Part shown: in pieces, positions 42,530-52,179 of the stretch
How the letters are laid out: each line of letters begins with the position of its first letter
Position numbering within the stretch: the stretch's first letter is position 1
IMG/VR virus record: IMGVR_UViG_3300032332_000523
Coordinates: 1-57,746 of that record
Origin: a virus
Lineage: Duplodnaviria > Caudoviricetes
Reading direction: 5' to 3' (one strand)
Length of the DNA: 57,746 bases
Program-made: the position numbers and the translations under genes
The notes under the pieces: generated by a model
The model's input: only the letters and a program-made list of their open reading frames with translations
Database searches by the model: none
Told to the model about the DNA's origin: nothing

Positions 42530-45126
42530 GCGTAAGTTCCTCCAGGAATTGTATCCGTCCAGGTGGGTGAACCAGTTCCACCCGAGATTAAAAATTGACC
42601 AGAAGTGCCTGCAGCGCTGAAACCGTATGCCGTTCCGGTGCCGTAAGCCACTGCACCAGAAGTTGGCGTATCAGTGCTGTTAGTGCCGCCATTTGCAATT
42701 GGCAGGGTGCCGCTCACATGCGTCGTCAAACCGATCTTGCCGTAAGAAGGAGCCGCGCCAACGCCGCCTGAGATCAAGGCATTGCCAGTAGCTACGTCTG
42801 CCAGCTTACTTAGGGCCGTGGCTCCTGAAGCATAAAGTAGGTCGCCGACTGCGTAGGTGGTCTGCCCAGTGCCTCCGTATGCGGCTGCAATGGCCGTGGC
42901 ATTCCAAGTGCCGGCGGCCAACGTACCTACCCCGGTGATGCCTGTATAGGAGCCGCTGATGTATGCAGAACCTACGGTGCCTGACGTGATCTGATTGCCG
43001 TTGATTGCAATAGAGGAATTGGCAGCCAAGGTGAGCTGGCCTTGGGCATTGACAGTAAACGTAGGTACAGACGATGCCGAGCCGTATGCTGCGGCGGTCA
43101 CCGCCGTGTTGGTGATGCTGAACTGGCTACCAGTCAGCGTCAAGCCAGTGCCTGCGGTGTAGGTGCCTGCACCAGAGAATTGAGTCCAGGATATTGGGCT
43201 GGTGCCCACCGTGGTTATGGGAAGGGTCTGTACCCAGCCTGTGTTGGCGTACAAGGTCCCGCTGGTGACAAATGTGAAGTCGCCGCTGGCAATCTCAATG
43301 TTAGTGTCAAAGTCGGTTGCACGGGTCAGGACCGTGCCGCCCGTGGCCCACGTGTAGATGCCGTTGTTGGCCGAGGTGACTTCGTTCTTGATCAGCAAAC
43401 GGTTGCCATTGAGAATCGTGTAGCCGTCCAGCGTGGTCAGGGCTACGGACAAGGTTAAAGTCGCTCCGACTCCAGATGAGCCGTTGTTGTAGGTTACAGT
43501 GCCGCCGGTAATTGACGCAAGAGTCCCGGTAGTGGCCGCATTACAAGATGCATGGACGTTCAGGCTTTGCGCTACCGCATCCACATACTGCTTGGTCGCA
43601 AGCTGCAAGGCTGATGTTGGGTCTTGCGTGACGGCCACTGATGTCAATCCGCCCAGCGTTAGGCTTGTTGCGCCAAGGCTGATGGCTGTGGTTCCCACCG
43701 TCAGTGAACTGTTGGTCAGGCTGGCGTTGGCGATATTGCTGAGGGTATTGCTGCTGCCGCTGATCGTCTTATTAGTCAGCGTCTGCGTACCGGTCAAGGT
43801 TGCCACGGTGGAGTCAATTGCCACGGTGACGGCTGATCCGCCATTGAAGCTTGTGCCGCTAAGACCCGTGCCAATTGTCAGGGCATTTGTAGTTGATGCC
43901 GTGATTGTCCCAGACGCTCCAAGCGCTACAGCCACACCGTTGTACGTCACCGAGCTATTGGTCAATGACGCATTGGCGATGCTGCTCAAGGTATTTGACG
44001 CGCCGCTGATGGTCTTGTTGGTCAGCGTTTGCGTGCCTGTCAGCGTGGCCACGGTCGAGTCAATTGCAATGGTCACGGCGGTTGAGCCGTTGTAGCTTGC
44101 TCCAGACAAGCCTGTCCCAATCGTCAAAGCGTTGGTTGCCGTAGAGGTAATTGTGCCGGAACCCCCCAGAGCCACAGTCTGACCGTTGAAAGTGACCGAT
44201 GAGTTGCTTAGGGCAACGTTGGGGATGTTGCTGAACGTGTTTGCAGACCCGCTCATCGACTTGCCGGTCAACGTGCCTGGGATGTCGGCGTCTACAAGTA
44301 AGCGGAAAGACGTAGTTGCCGCGGCCCCGGATACTGGTCCTGCGTACACGTAGTTGGCCGGTTGGTTAGACACCACCAAGGCCGAACCCCACGTTGGCGC
44401 AGATGCTCCTCCAGAGACCAGGACTTGCCCAGATGCTCCTTGAACCGTCTGCAAGAAACCATTGCTGCCGTCGCTATACCAAAGAGATCCTGCCGTTAGG
44501 CTATTGATCTGCATCCCGGTACCACCGCTTGTCAGTGGTAGACGACCGGTATACTGACTTGAGACCGCAAAGTCTAAGGCCGGATGGACATGGTCGCCCT
44601 TGGCGGCATTGTTTTCTGACCCCGCCGAGGCCGTACCCAAGGCAGCCGGCGTCGTGGACGAAAAGACCATTGACAAGGTTCGATCGGCTTGTAAGTTACC
44701 TCCTCCGGCCAATCCGGTGCCTGCAATGATCTGGCGAGTATCAGGAACGTATCCCGAGATGACCAGAGGGGTCGTAGAGGCATTTGTAATCAGTCCCTTG
44801 GCATCTACTGTGACCACGGGAATCGATGAGCCAGAGCCATACGTTCCGGCAGTCACGCCGTTGTTGGCTAGCTTGGCATTGGTGACGCCGCCATCGGCTA
44901 TGCTCAGCGTGCGGTTTTGAGATAAGTCGCCCCCACCTTGGAGGCCGCCGCCCGTGTTGATCTCACGAGACGCGGGGACCGAGATGGTTGACTGCAGGTC
45001 AATGAACGCGACCTGGTACGTGACCCCTTGGATCACGCAAACCATGGTCGCGTTTGGCGTGGGGTTTGGCGCTACTGGAAGATCTGTGATCTTTGTAGGG
45101 ACCAGGTTTGATGGTACGGTGGTCAC
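42526..45126 (-). CDS. Tail fibre/spike-like structural protein with internal repeats
   Basis: Thr/Gly/Ser-rich; duplicated NALTIGTGLSG...DSTVATLTGTQTLTNKTISG..NTLS.IANASLTNSS block; ATKQYVD; ends IPGGTYA. Confidence 0.82.
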   Translation of the reverse strand: MTTVPSNLVPTKITDLPVAPNPTPNATMVCVIQGVTYQVAFIDLQSTISVPASREINTGGGLQGGGDLSQNRTLSIADGGVTNAKLANNGVTAGTYGSGSSIPVVTVDAKGLITNASTTPLVISGYVPDTRQIIAGTGLAGGGNLQADRTLSMVFSSTTPAALGTASAGSENNAAKGDHVHPALDFAVSSQYTGRLPLTSGGTGMQINSLTAGSLWYSDGSNGFLQTVQGASGQVLVSGGASAPTWGSALVVSNQPANYVYAGPVSGAAATTSFRLLVDADIPGTLTGKSMSGSANTFSNIPNVALSNSSVTFNGQTVALGGSGTITSTATNALTIGTGLSGASYNGSTAVTIAIDSTVATLTGTQTLTNKTISGASNTLSSIANASLTNSSVTYNGVAVALGASGTITASTTNALTIGTGLSGTSFNGGSAVTVAIDSTVATLTGTQTLTNKTISGSSNTLSNIANASLTNSSLTVGTTAISLGATSLTLGGLTSVAVTQDPTSALQLATKQYVDAVAQSLNVHASCNAATTGTLASITGGTVTYNNGSSGVGATLTLSVALTTLDGYTILNGNRLLIKNEVTSANNGIYTWATGGTVLTRATDFDTNIEIASGDFTFVTSGTLYANTGWVQTLPITTVGTSPISWTQFSGAGTYTAGTGLTLTGSQFSITNTAVTAAAYGSASSVPTFTVNAQGQLTLAANSSIAINGNQITSGTVGSAYISGSYTGITGVGTLAAGTWNATAIAAAYGGTGQTTYAVGDLLYASGATALSKLADVATGNALISGGVGAAPSYGKIGLTTHVSGTLPIANGGTNSTDTPTSGAVAYGTGTAYGFSAAGTSGQFLISGGTGSPTWTDTIPGGTYA

Positions 45127-45434
45127 TGCTGTGGATCCGGAAAGAGGTAGCCGTTGTTGGAGCTGATCAGGAAGTTGTTGTCATCTTCAGTGACAAGGCC
45201 GTCAGGATTGCTGTACAACGGGGTGTCTGGCCGCACAAATGGCAGCGTGATGGTGTCGGGTTGACGCGGCGGCAGGCGGTATGGATCCAGCTGATCCAAG
45301 TCCTCGCGGCAAACTCTCAAGCCAGGCGAATTTGGGTCTGACATGAGCTGAGTCAACGACATCTTTCGGCTGCACCTGTCGCATAGACCAATGCCTAGCG
45401 TACTGAGTCCGCGGGTATCAAGCCAGATGCTCAT
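45123..45434 (-). CDS. Small Cys-motif virion-module protein
   Basis: GLCDRC...GLRVC..D.DQLDP...RPD. Confidence 0.75.
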   Translation of the reverse strand: MSIWLDTRGLSTLGIGLCDRCSRKMSLTQLMSDPNSPGLRVCREDLDQLDPYRLPPRQPDTITLPFVRPDTPLYSNPDGLVTEDDNNFLISSNNGYLFPDPQQ

Positions 45435-46417
45435 CGCGTGTACACCGCAATGTTGGGGGTCAAGAAGATTGGCGAGTCATCGCGTTCTTCATTCTCGGCT
45501 TCGAGCAGGGCCCGTTGCGCTTTTTGATCCAGGATGGCGATCATCTGCGGATCCACAATGGGGGTCTCTTCCGCAATTCTTGACGCCAAGACGTAGACCA
45601 CGGCGTCGTACCAGCGTTGGGGGATCTCAATCTCTTCCGTCATGGTGCCCACGTCCATGATGTACCGCTTGATCCACACGATCACTTGGGCCGTGACAAA
45701 CTGAGCAGATGGCACGGGCCAAAGGTACAGGATGGGGTTGTTGAGTTGCCGGTTTACCCAAAACTGCAGCGGACGGCCTTCAAACGCCTTATTGGGCAGG
45801 TTGACGTAGTCATCGCGATTCAATCGCGCCATGGGGATCTCGGTTGGCGTATTGGCCAGGAAGACCTGCGATTGGTTGAGTGTCCCAGACGTAGCTCGTA
45901 CCCTGAAATAGAAGGTCGCTAGGGACCCTTGGATGTCAGTCCATGTCACCTGATTGGCTGACGCACTTGGATTGGCCACGGTGGCCACGGTGGTCCATGT
46001 GGTACCATTGTCAGACGTCTCAAAGACATAGCTGGTAGAAGAGCCGCTCCAGTAGACGCCAACGTTAGTGACTTGGGTCTGGGTCGTGAAGACGGTCTGG
46101 TAAGTCGTGGACGATGAAGTTGCCGTGCCGCTGACTTGCTGCAGTGTCCTCAGGTTTGTGTTTAAGATGTCCACGATGCCGTTGGGCATCTCAATCAGGC
46201 CTTGCGCCTGATAAAGTGGCATGATGTATTTTTCAATGCACCACAGCTGCAAACCTCGATTGGCCAGCGCGCTTAAGACTAGGTAGAGCGAGTCAAGAGC
46301 AAATGAAATCTGTTCTGACGAGATGCCCTCAGGAGGAACGCGGCAGCGACGATACGCGTGGTCTATGACCTTGCGCGTATTGAAGACCGTCGTGCTTACT
46401 GTGCCTGAAACTGCCAC
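45431..46417 (-). CDS. Head-tail adaptor (P22 gp4 / tubular A-like) with inserted beta domain
   Basis: IDHAYRRC...LANRGLQLW...RLNRDDY.NLPNK...GRP.Q...LWPVP; AGGAG RBS, GTG start. Confidence 0.72.
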   Translation of the reverse strand: MAVSGTVSTTVFNTRKVIDHAYRRCRVPPEGISSEQISFALDSLYLVLSALANRGLQLWCIEKYIMPLYQAQGLIEMPNGIVDILNTNLRTLQQVSGTATSSSTTYQTVFTTQTQVTNVGVYWSGSSTSYVFETSDNGTTWTTVATVANPSASANQVTWTDIQGSLATFYFRVRATSGTLNQSQVFLANTPTEIPMARLNRDDYVNLPNKAFEGRPLQFWVNRQLNNPILYLWPVPSAQFVTAQVIVWIKRYIMDVGTMTEEIEIPQRWYDAVVYVLASRIAEETPIVDPQMIAILDQKAQRALLEAENEERDDSPIFLTPNIAVYTR

Positions 46418-46494
46418 TGGACCTGCTCCTAGTTGTTGAGTTGCGGCATGCCGTCAATGGCAGGCCCAGTGTGTTGCGTTTAATTTTACTTCAT

Positions 46495-47163
46495 CTAGCA
46501 GATTTTTGGCATCTTTGAAAACGTGGGGACACCACCTTTGGCCAATCTGTTACCGGCACCTGGACCATGTGCTTTGGCTGCAGGCATATTGGCGTGTTTT
46601 TCAAGTTTGGCCTCAACGGCCCCGCCGTTTGCGTATCCCTGGGCTTTTCGGCCTTCGGACAGGCCAATTGCAATAGCTTGCTTGCGGTTTTTGACCACGG
46701 GGCCTGACTTTGAGCCGGAATGGAGGTCTCCGGACTTGAATTCGCCCATGACTTTGCCGACTTTTGCGCCCATCTTGGTCATTCCGCCCTTTTTCATGCC
46801 CGTAGGCTCCATCATCTCCTCTTTGATCATGGAAAGGGGAGCTTTTGCCTTTTTCATGGCACCAACTTCGGCCTTTATGGTTGCCGGGGTGTCCATCTCG
46901 CCCTTGATCTCACGTTTTTCATGCGAGATCAATGCTTTTGGGGCCCCGGCCTTGCTTAAAAGCGCCACTTCTTTACGGACTTCTGATTCCGGCTCACGTT
47001 TTGCACCGCCTTTGGCATAGCCGCCACTCTTCATTGGCTTTGGCGTGTCGTACATGGCTTTGGGGATGCCTTTTGTTGAACGAGCGGTAGATACAGACGT
47101 TGCCGTTGGTCGTGGAGGTGAAGGGGCAAATGTAAACTCGCCGTACTTGATATTTTTTCCCAT
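46495..47163 (-). CDS. Basic Lys-rich virion-module protein with repeated xxGG motifs
   Basis: KVMGEFKSGDLHSGSKSGPVVKNRKQAIAIGLSE module plus five xxGG motifs. Confidence 0.75.
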   Translation of the reverse strand: MGKNIKYGEFTFAPSPPRPTATSVSTARSTKGIPKAMYDTPKPMKSGGYAKGGAKREPESEVRKEVALLSKAGAPKALISHEKREIKGEMDTPATIKAEVGAMKKAKAPLSMIKEEMMEPTGMKKGGMTKMGAKVGKVMGEFKSGDLHSGSKSGPVVKNRKQAIAIGLSEGRKAQGYANGGAVEAKLEKHANMPAAKAHGPGAGNRLAKGGVPTFSKMPKIC

Positions 47164-47164
47164 A

Positions 47165-47347
47165 TTATTTCCTTTTCGCGGCTGCCCGCATGTTGTCTAC
47201 AAGGTTAGGATAGGGGCGTCCAGCTGCCTCTGCCGCGGCTTTTGCACCAGCTTTTGCAGCTGACGACAGTTTTTTGGGTTTTGGCAGGTCCTTTGGCCTT
47301 GGTTTATCCCAAGGTGCTTTCACTTTGCCCCCTTTTGAGAAGGCCAT
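47165..47347 (-). CDS. Small basic protein
   Basis: MAFSKGGKV...AGRPYPNLVDNMRAA. Confidence 0.7.
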   Translation of the reverse strand: MAFSKGGKVKAPWDKPRPKDLPKPKKLSSAAKAGAKAAAEAAGRPYPNLVDNMRAAAKRK

Positions 47348-47363
47348 CTTGTTTCCGATCATG

Positions 47364-47675
47364 TCAGCAGTCCCATTTGTTGAGGGCGAGGGCTTTCCTA
47401 GTGGGTCGGCCCTTGTCGTCTTTCATTGGACCAGGCATACCGGACATCCGAGCGCAAAAACTGTCACGTCGTCCTGCAGCCGTGGGGCTTTTTGCAGCTT
47501 GCTTGGCAGATACTGGGGGCTTAAGATTGCCGCCGGTCTTGCTGTTGTAGGCGTCACGACCCTTTTGGTTCAAACCGCCTTTGGGATTTTGTCCCTCTTT
47601 GCGCGCCCAGACAGCTCCGCCCTTTGCTACAAACAAAGTGCCTCCGCCTTTTCCAAACTTGTGGTCGTTTACCAT
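47364..47675 (-). CDS. Small basic conserved phage protein
   Basis: W.RKEGQNPKGGLN.KGR...SFCARM.G...L.KWDC. Confidence 0.75.
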   Translation of the reverse strand: MVNDHKFGKGGGTLFVAKGGAVWARKEGQNPKGGLNQKGRDAYNSKTGGNLKPPVSAKQAAKSPTAAGRRDSFCARMSGMPGPMKDDKGRPTRKALALNKWDC

Positions 47676-48229
47676 GTTGACACCGCCGTTCTTTTCCACG
47701 TGTTGGCTGCCACGCAAACGTAGATGTAGCTGGCATCCCAGCAGATGTCACCGGCTGTACCAGTAGCCGAAGCCGAAGCTGGAGTCCTAGTTGTGGGGAC
47801 GTTGATGGTGTTGCCCGCGATGCCAAAATTCCCAGCGCTTGTGAACTTTGCCGCCAAAGCTGCAGCAGCCCCGCCAGCCATCAATAAGACTTGAAGATCA
47901 AAGGCCTCCGTGCCAGATCCCACGTTAGTGGTGACAGCCGAAAGCAATGCGCCGATTTTGTTATTGCTAGTTGACGTCTCACACTGGAAAGCAAGCCTTG
48001 TGCCAATTCCTGCAGAAGCCGTGGCCGAAGTCTCGTGACTAAGGGTAGCGGCCGTTGCAGGAGTATTAGTGTTAGCAGTCTCAACCAGAAGAGTCGGGAC
48101 AGAACTAGCAAAAGTCTTGATCTGGCTTGCAGTCAGTTTGACTGACGCGCCGGTCTGTACAGCCTCAAACAGCTCCGTCCCAATAAGGGCTGAGCCTGAG
48201 GTAAGGTCAGTGATCTTGACGTTTGCCAT
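47669..48229 (-). CDS. Structural (head fibre/decoration-like) protein
   Basis: MANVKITDL; C-terminal PASASATGTAGDICWDASYIYVCVAANTWKR. Confidence 0.7.
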   Translation of the reverse strand: MANVKITDLTSGSALIGTELFEAVQTGASVKLTASQIKTFASSVPTLLVETANTNTPATAATLSHETSATASAGIGTRLAFQCETSTSNNKIGALLSAVTTNVGSGTEAFDLQVLLMAGGAAAALAAKFTSAGNFGIAGNTINVPTTRTPASASATGTAGDICWDASYIYVCVAANTWKRTAVSTW

Positions 48230-48232
48230 GGC

Positions 48233-49006
48233 TTAGTCCGTATTCTTGATGAGAACTAACTCAAAGAAACCAGCGGCTTCATTGTTTATTGCACCGCCAA
48301 TTGCTTCGCCTTGAATACGAGTCTTTTCAGCGATTGCAACAGGATAAGGAAAGTCAATTGTTGAGATGCCGTTATTGGTCACAATGATTGGGCCAGTCAC
48401 AGGAATGTTGTTAGTGCCAACAAAACGTGTCCTTGCAGTAATCAAAGTGGTTCCGGCGTCTTGAGCCAAACCAATTCGAGCAACAACCAAATAGCCTGTA
48501 TAGCCAGCTGGAACTGTATATTGGCTTGAGGTAGCACTGTTGTATCCAATGGCAATTACGTTGTAGATGGTTGCTGGCACGCCAGAGGTCACAGTGCCTG
48601 TGCCAATGTAAATAATACCAGCATTTGCCAATCCGGTGCCTGCTGTTGTTATCAACATGCCGTTGACACGCAAAAATGAATTTGTGGTCGTAACGGCCGT
48701 CTGACCATTCAGCACTACTGACTCACTGATGACTGCGTAATTGGCGTCCAAGCCCGTAATTAACACAGTTCGCGCACCAGTACCTGCGGCCGTGTCGTTT
48801 GCATCAGAGGAACTTACTGTCATCTGCAAAGCGGCGGCAGGATAAGACAAGTCACCAACTGGGGTAATCATCTCCCACGATGTATCAACATCCGAGTTGT
48901 AGCCGGAAATCGTTACAACAGAATGCGCTTGAATTTGACCCCGCGCCACTTGCAACTCAAACGGCTCGTATTGACCTTGACGCGTTACTGAGGAATAAAC
49001 TCCCAT
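48233..49006 (-). CDS. Structural protein
   Basis: FELQVARGQI...SSSDANDTAAGTGARTV.ITGLDANY; AGGAG RBS. Confidence 0.75.
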   Translation of the reverse strand: MGVYSSVTRQGQYEPFELQVARGQIQAHSVVTISGYNSDVDTSWEMITPVGDLSYPAAALQMTVSSSDANDTAAGTGARTVLITGLDANYAVISESVVLNGQTAVTTTNSFLRVNGMLITTAGTGLANAGIIYIGTGTVTSGVPATIYNVIAIGYNSATSSQYTVPAGYTGYLVVARIGLAQDAGTTLITARTRFVGTNNIPVTGPIIVTNNGISTIDFPYPVAIAEKTRIQGEAIGGAINNEAAGFFELVLIKNTD

Positions 49007-49025
49007 GATTCAGTCTCCTAAAGAC

Positions 49026-49041
49026 GGGGGCCGAAGCCCCC
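49026..49041 (-). terminator. Intrinsic terminator-like hairpin (UUCG loop)
   Basis: GGGGGC-TTCG-GCCCCC followed by GTCTTT. Confidence 0.65.
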
Positions 49042-49048
49042 TGGTTAA

Positions 49049-50026
49049 TTAGGCCTGAGTTACGCCAAGAGCGCCGACACGGGTTGCGTTAGGTCCAACA
49101 GCAATGCCAGGCAGCAAGATGCCCATCACGGTGCGGACGATGCCGTCAGATGCCGTGGCAGGAGCGTAAGTGCCGCGAACATCGCCAGTGGTAGTGGTTG
49201 CGGTTGCAGTGTCGGCAGCCACAAACGTACCTGCGTCTTGTGCAAGCGTGTCGTTACTCTTGACGCTTGCAACATAGGCCACGTTAGCCACTCGAACAGG
49301 CAGGCCTAACTTGTCACTGGTGCCAACCAAGCAAGCGGTTGCGGAACCTGCAATCGTCACGCCACTGACCTGATAGAAGGCCTTTTTGCCAGTCACGGCA
49401 GTGCCTGCAACAGCAACGGTGATGAGCTCAGACATGGCCTGACCGTAGTAGTCGTAGCCAGACACGGTGAATGCGCGGGCAGTGGTCGAGCAGTTGACCT
49501 TGATGGCACGAGGCAAGTCGAGCTGAATCACTGAGACACCGCCAGCAGTCGTAGTTGACTTGGCAGAAGTCCCAGCAGTCAAAGTCAATGCTTGATTAGC
49601 AGTTGTAGCGGTCTGAGATGCTGCCACATTGTTGGTCACTGCTGCTTGGGGAGTGACGTCCCAAACGTAGATGCGGCCAAGTGGGCCAACACCAAGATCC
49701 ATAGGGGAAGGATTGCCGTAAGGCGTATTGGCGTGCAGGGTCAGGGCAGTCGTGTTGGCGATGTTGATCGCTTGGTTCAGGGTGTAAGTACCTGCTCCGC
49801 CGTTGCCAGTGCCAAAGGCCGTGATGTACGTGCCGTCAGTCACGCTGGATCCGTCAACGTACATGCCAACTACGATTGGGGCACCAAAGCCCACTGCCGT
49901 GACGGTCAGGGTTGAGGAAGATGTGCTGCCTGTACCGCCAGTTGCGGTAGTGCTGTAGGCGCGAAGGCCGGTGCCCATGTATGTTTGAGCCGGGCCGAGG
50001 AATAGGTCGTCTGAATATTGAGGCAT
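49049..50026 (-). CDS. Capsid-associated structural protein
   Basis: Directly after the major capsid gene; Thr/Ala/Gly-rich; AAGGAG RBS before ATG 50026. Confidence 0.75.
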   Translation of the reverse strand: MPQYSDDLFLGPAQTYMGTGLRAYSTTATGGTGSTSSSTLTVTAVGFGAPIVVGMYVDGSSVTDGTYITAFGTGNGGAGTYTLNQAINIANTTALTLHANTPYGNPSPMDLGVGPLGRIYVWDVTPQAAVTNNVAASQTATTANQALTLTAGTSAKSTTTAGGVSVIQLDLPRAIKVNCSTTARAFTVSGYDYYGQAMSELITVAVAGTAVTGKKAFYQVSGVTIAGSATACLVGTSDKLGLPVRVANVAYVASVKSNDTLAQDAGTFVAADTATATTTTGDVRGTYAPATASDGIVRTVMGILLPGIAVGPNATRVGALGVTQA

Positions 50027-50067
50027 GCTGTCTTCTCCTTGAAAAGCTTGACAAATTAAAAATGAGG

Positions 50068-50091
50068 GGAAGGGGACCAAAGCCCCCTTCC
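50068..50091 (-). terminator. Hairpin/terminator after the major capsid gene
   Basis: GGAAGGGG...CCCCTTCC followed by CCTCATTTTT. Confidence 0.6.
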
Positions 50092-50101
50092 GTTTTGGTC
50101 T

Positions 50102-51016
50102 TTACAGACCTGCGGTACCGTACACAGTACGGGGATCGGTCCAACCTGGGATGTAACGCTCGGTTGCCTTGTAGCGCATGGAGTCGGTTTCAAAGTCACC
50201 TTCCATGCTCTTCTCCAGCTTACGACGCATCATCATCTGCAGACCAACCTTAGCGTCGGTCTGAACCCACCAAGCAGTGGTGGAAGTCAAACGAGACAGG
50301 TTAGCTTGGCCGCCGTCAATCATGCCCATCGAGTTGATCGGGTTGATGTCGTTGTTGCCAGTTCCTGCGCGCAGGACGGATTTCAACAGCACTTCACCTT
50401 GGAACACGTTGCTAGGGCTCAACACCAACTTGGTAGGAGTCAAACGGATACGCTTACCATTGTTGTCAATGGCGTTGCGGATCTGGATGAGCATCTGCTC
50501 AAGCGAGGTCTGCGACAAGTTGGCTGCAGTAGTCAACACGTTGCTGAATGTGCCAGAAGCGATGGGGTGAGCCGAGTTGACCAGAGATACGCCGTCACCG
50601 CCTGTGTACGAGCTATTGAAAGCACGATTCAGGATGTTAGCACACAAGGTCTCTTTGGTCTCAATCAGGGACTGTGCCAAGTGCTTGGCGTAAGTCTGAC
50701 CGATCGAGATGTGGTCGCCATCTTCTACCAGGACCTTAGTCAAGGCAAAAGCCAGACCGTAGACTTTGTAGACGTAACGAGCATTGAACAGCACACCACC
50801 GGATTGGTAAGTGACTGGCATGCCGTCTGGCAACTCAGGAGCCGCTCCGAAACCGTACAGGACGGGCTCTTCGTGGTAGTTGCGTGGGATACCTTGACGC
50901 TCAGTGAAGACTTGCTTCCACTCATCAGCGCGTTGGTTATATAAGCCATCAAACTCTTCGTTCAGGATGGGCTCGACGATGGACCGGAAGTCCGTACTTC
51001 TCATTGGAACAGCCAT
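50102..51016 (-). CDS. Major capsid protein
   Basis: 304 aa after scaffold and decoration genes; GGDGVSL.NSAHP, EGDFETDSMRYKATERY..GW.DPR; strong RBS AAGGAGG. Confidence 0.9.
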   Translation of the reverse strand: MAVPMRSTDFRSIVEPILNEEFDGLYNQRADEWKQVFTERQGIPRNYHEEPVLYGFGAAPELPDGMPVTYQSGGVLFNARYVYKVYGLAFALTKVLVEDGDHISIGQTYAKHLAQSLIETKETLCANILNRAFNSSYTGGDGVSLVNSAHPIASGTFSNVLTTAANLSQTSLEQMLIQIRNAIDNNGKRIRLTPTKLVLSPSNVFQGEVLLKSVLRAGTGNNDINPINSMGMIDGGQANLSRLTSTTAWWVQTDAKVGLQMMMRRKLEKSMEGDFETDSMRYKATERYIPGWTDPRTVYGTAGL

Positions 51017-51030
51017 TTTTTAGCCTCCTT

Positions 51031-51597
51031 TTAGTAAGCGTTAATGACCGCGACGTCCTGATGCTCAGAGATCTGAACTTGGACAATCGTATAAGCATCG
51101 CCCCATGCATTGTCGGGACCGGGGGTAATTCCGATCACGCGCATGGAGGCAGTGCCGCCTGAGGCAACCACAGAGGCAGTATCCAATGTGCAAGTGCTGA
51201 GACCAACCGTGGTAGAACCGGAGGTGATCGACGCAAAGTCAAATTGGTTGCCAATGTTGCTGATGTTCACAGAGCCATTGGCTTGGATCTGATAAACAAT
51301 TGCCGGATCGCGCGTGATGTACGCGGTCACGTCAGTTGCAGGGGTGTTCGCAATGAACTTGTTGGATACACGACGGCGTCCATCGCTGTCGGTGTACTCA
51401 ACACCCATGAAAGTGCCGACGAACGCATCGCCAACAGCAGCCGGAGTAACAACACCAGTGGAAGTATTGATCTTCACAGGTTGGTATTGCAACAGGGTCA
51501 CTGCAGCATTGTTCGCCAGCGTAAAGGCTGCCGGGCGCACGAAACCACTTGCGTGGTAAACGGGCTGGAAGCCAAACGGTGTGCTAGAAGTAGACAT
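51031..51597 (-). CDS. Capsid decoration/cement protein
   Basis: PFGFQPV...GTFMGVEY.D...DP.IVY.IQ; immediately upstream of the capsid gene. Confidence 0.72.
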   Translation of the reverse strand: MSTSSTPFGFQPVYHASGFVRPAAFTLANNAAVTLLQYQPVKINTSTGVVTPAAVGDAFVGTFMGVEYTDSDGRRRVSNKFIANTPATDVTAYITRDPAIVYQIQANGSVNISNIGNQFDFASITSGSTTVGLSTCTLDTASVVASGGTASMRVIGITPGPDNAWGDAYTIVQVQISEHQDVAVINAY

Positions 51598-51629
51598 GTT
51601 TGCTTTTTCCTAAAGGGAGAATGGATAGG

Positions 51630-52166
51630 TCAGTCGACCTCTTCAAAACTGGATCGACTGGGGTTGTTCCGCAGAGCAGTAATACCATCACCTTCAATCA
51701 CACGGCCTCCTGCAGCTGCTGCAGCTTCTTTAATGCCGTCCAAGACCGCGGTGAGCTTCTCATCTTCACGCGCAGGTGCGTCGTGGTGCGCTTCGTGCAT
51801 GAAACGCTTATAGAGGCTCAACGGCAACTTGAATGCGAGCATCTCGTTGACACCAATGAACCCTTGCCATTCACCAGACTTGATGGAAACATATTCCCAG
51901 CCCGGTACGTCTTCGGCTTTAATAGGTTGATAGCCCAACCGGATCCGTTGTTGAATGGAATCGCGGGGGTTAGTGGTGGTCAACCAGCATGTGTGAAAGC
52001 CAGGGATCGATGGGAGATCTGGCAATGCGGATTGGAAAAATTGAGATCTAAACATCTCAACACGATCTTCGTCGCTAATAGCACGGTCTTCAGTCACATT
52101 GCGGTCTGTGGCTCCACGTGATTGGCGGGCGAGATCAGGGGATTTTTTCAGGCGTTCGTCGGTCAT
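51630..52166 (-). CDS. Conserved head-module protein
   Basis: LPSIPGFHTCW...RLGYQP...IGVNEMLAFKLP; GAAAGGAG RBS. Confidence 0.75.
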   Translation of the reverse strand: MTDERLKKSPDLARQSRGATDRNVTEDRAISDEDRVEMFRSQFFQSALPDLPSIPGFHTCWLTTTNPRDSIQQRIRLGYQPIKAEDVPGWEYVSIKSGEWQGFIGVNEMLAFKLPLSLYKRFMHEAHHDAPAREDEKLTAVLDGIKEAAAAAGGRVIEGDGITALRNNPSRSSFEEVD

Positions 52167-52179
52167 TTGCTCACTCCTT

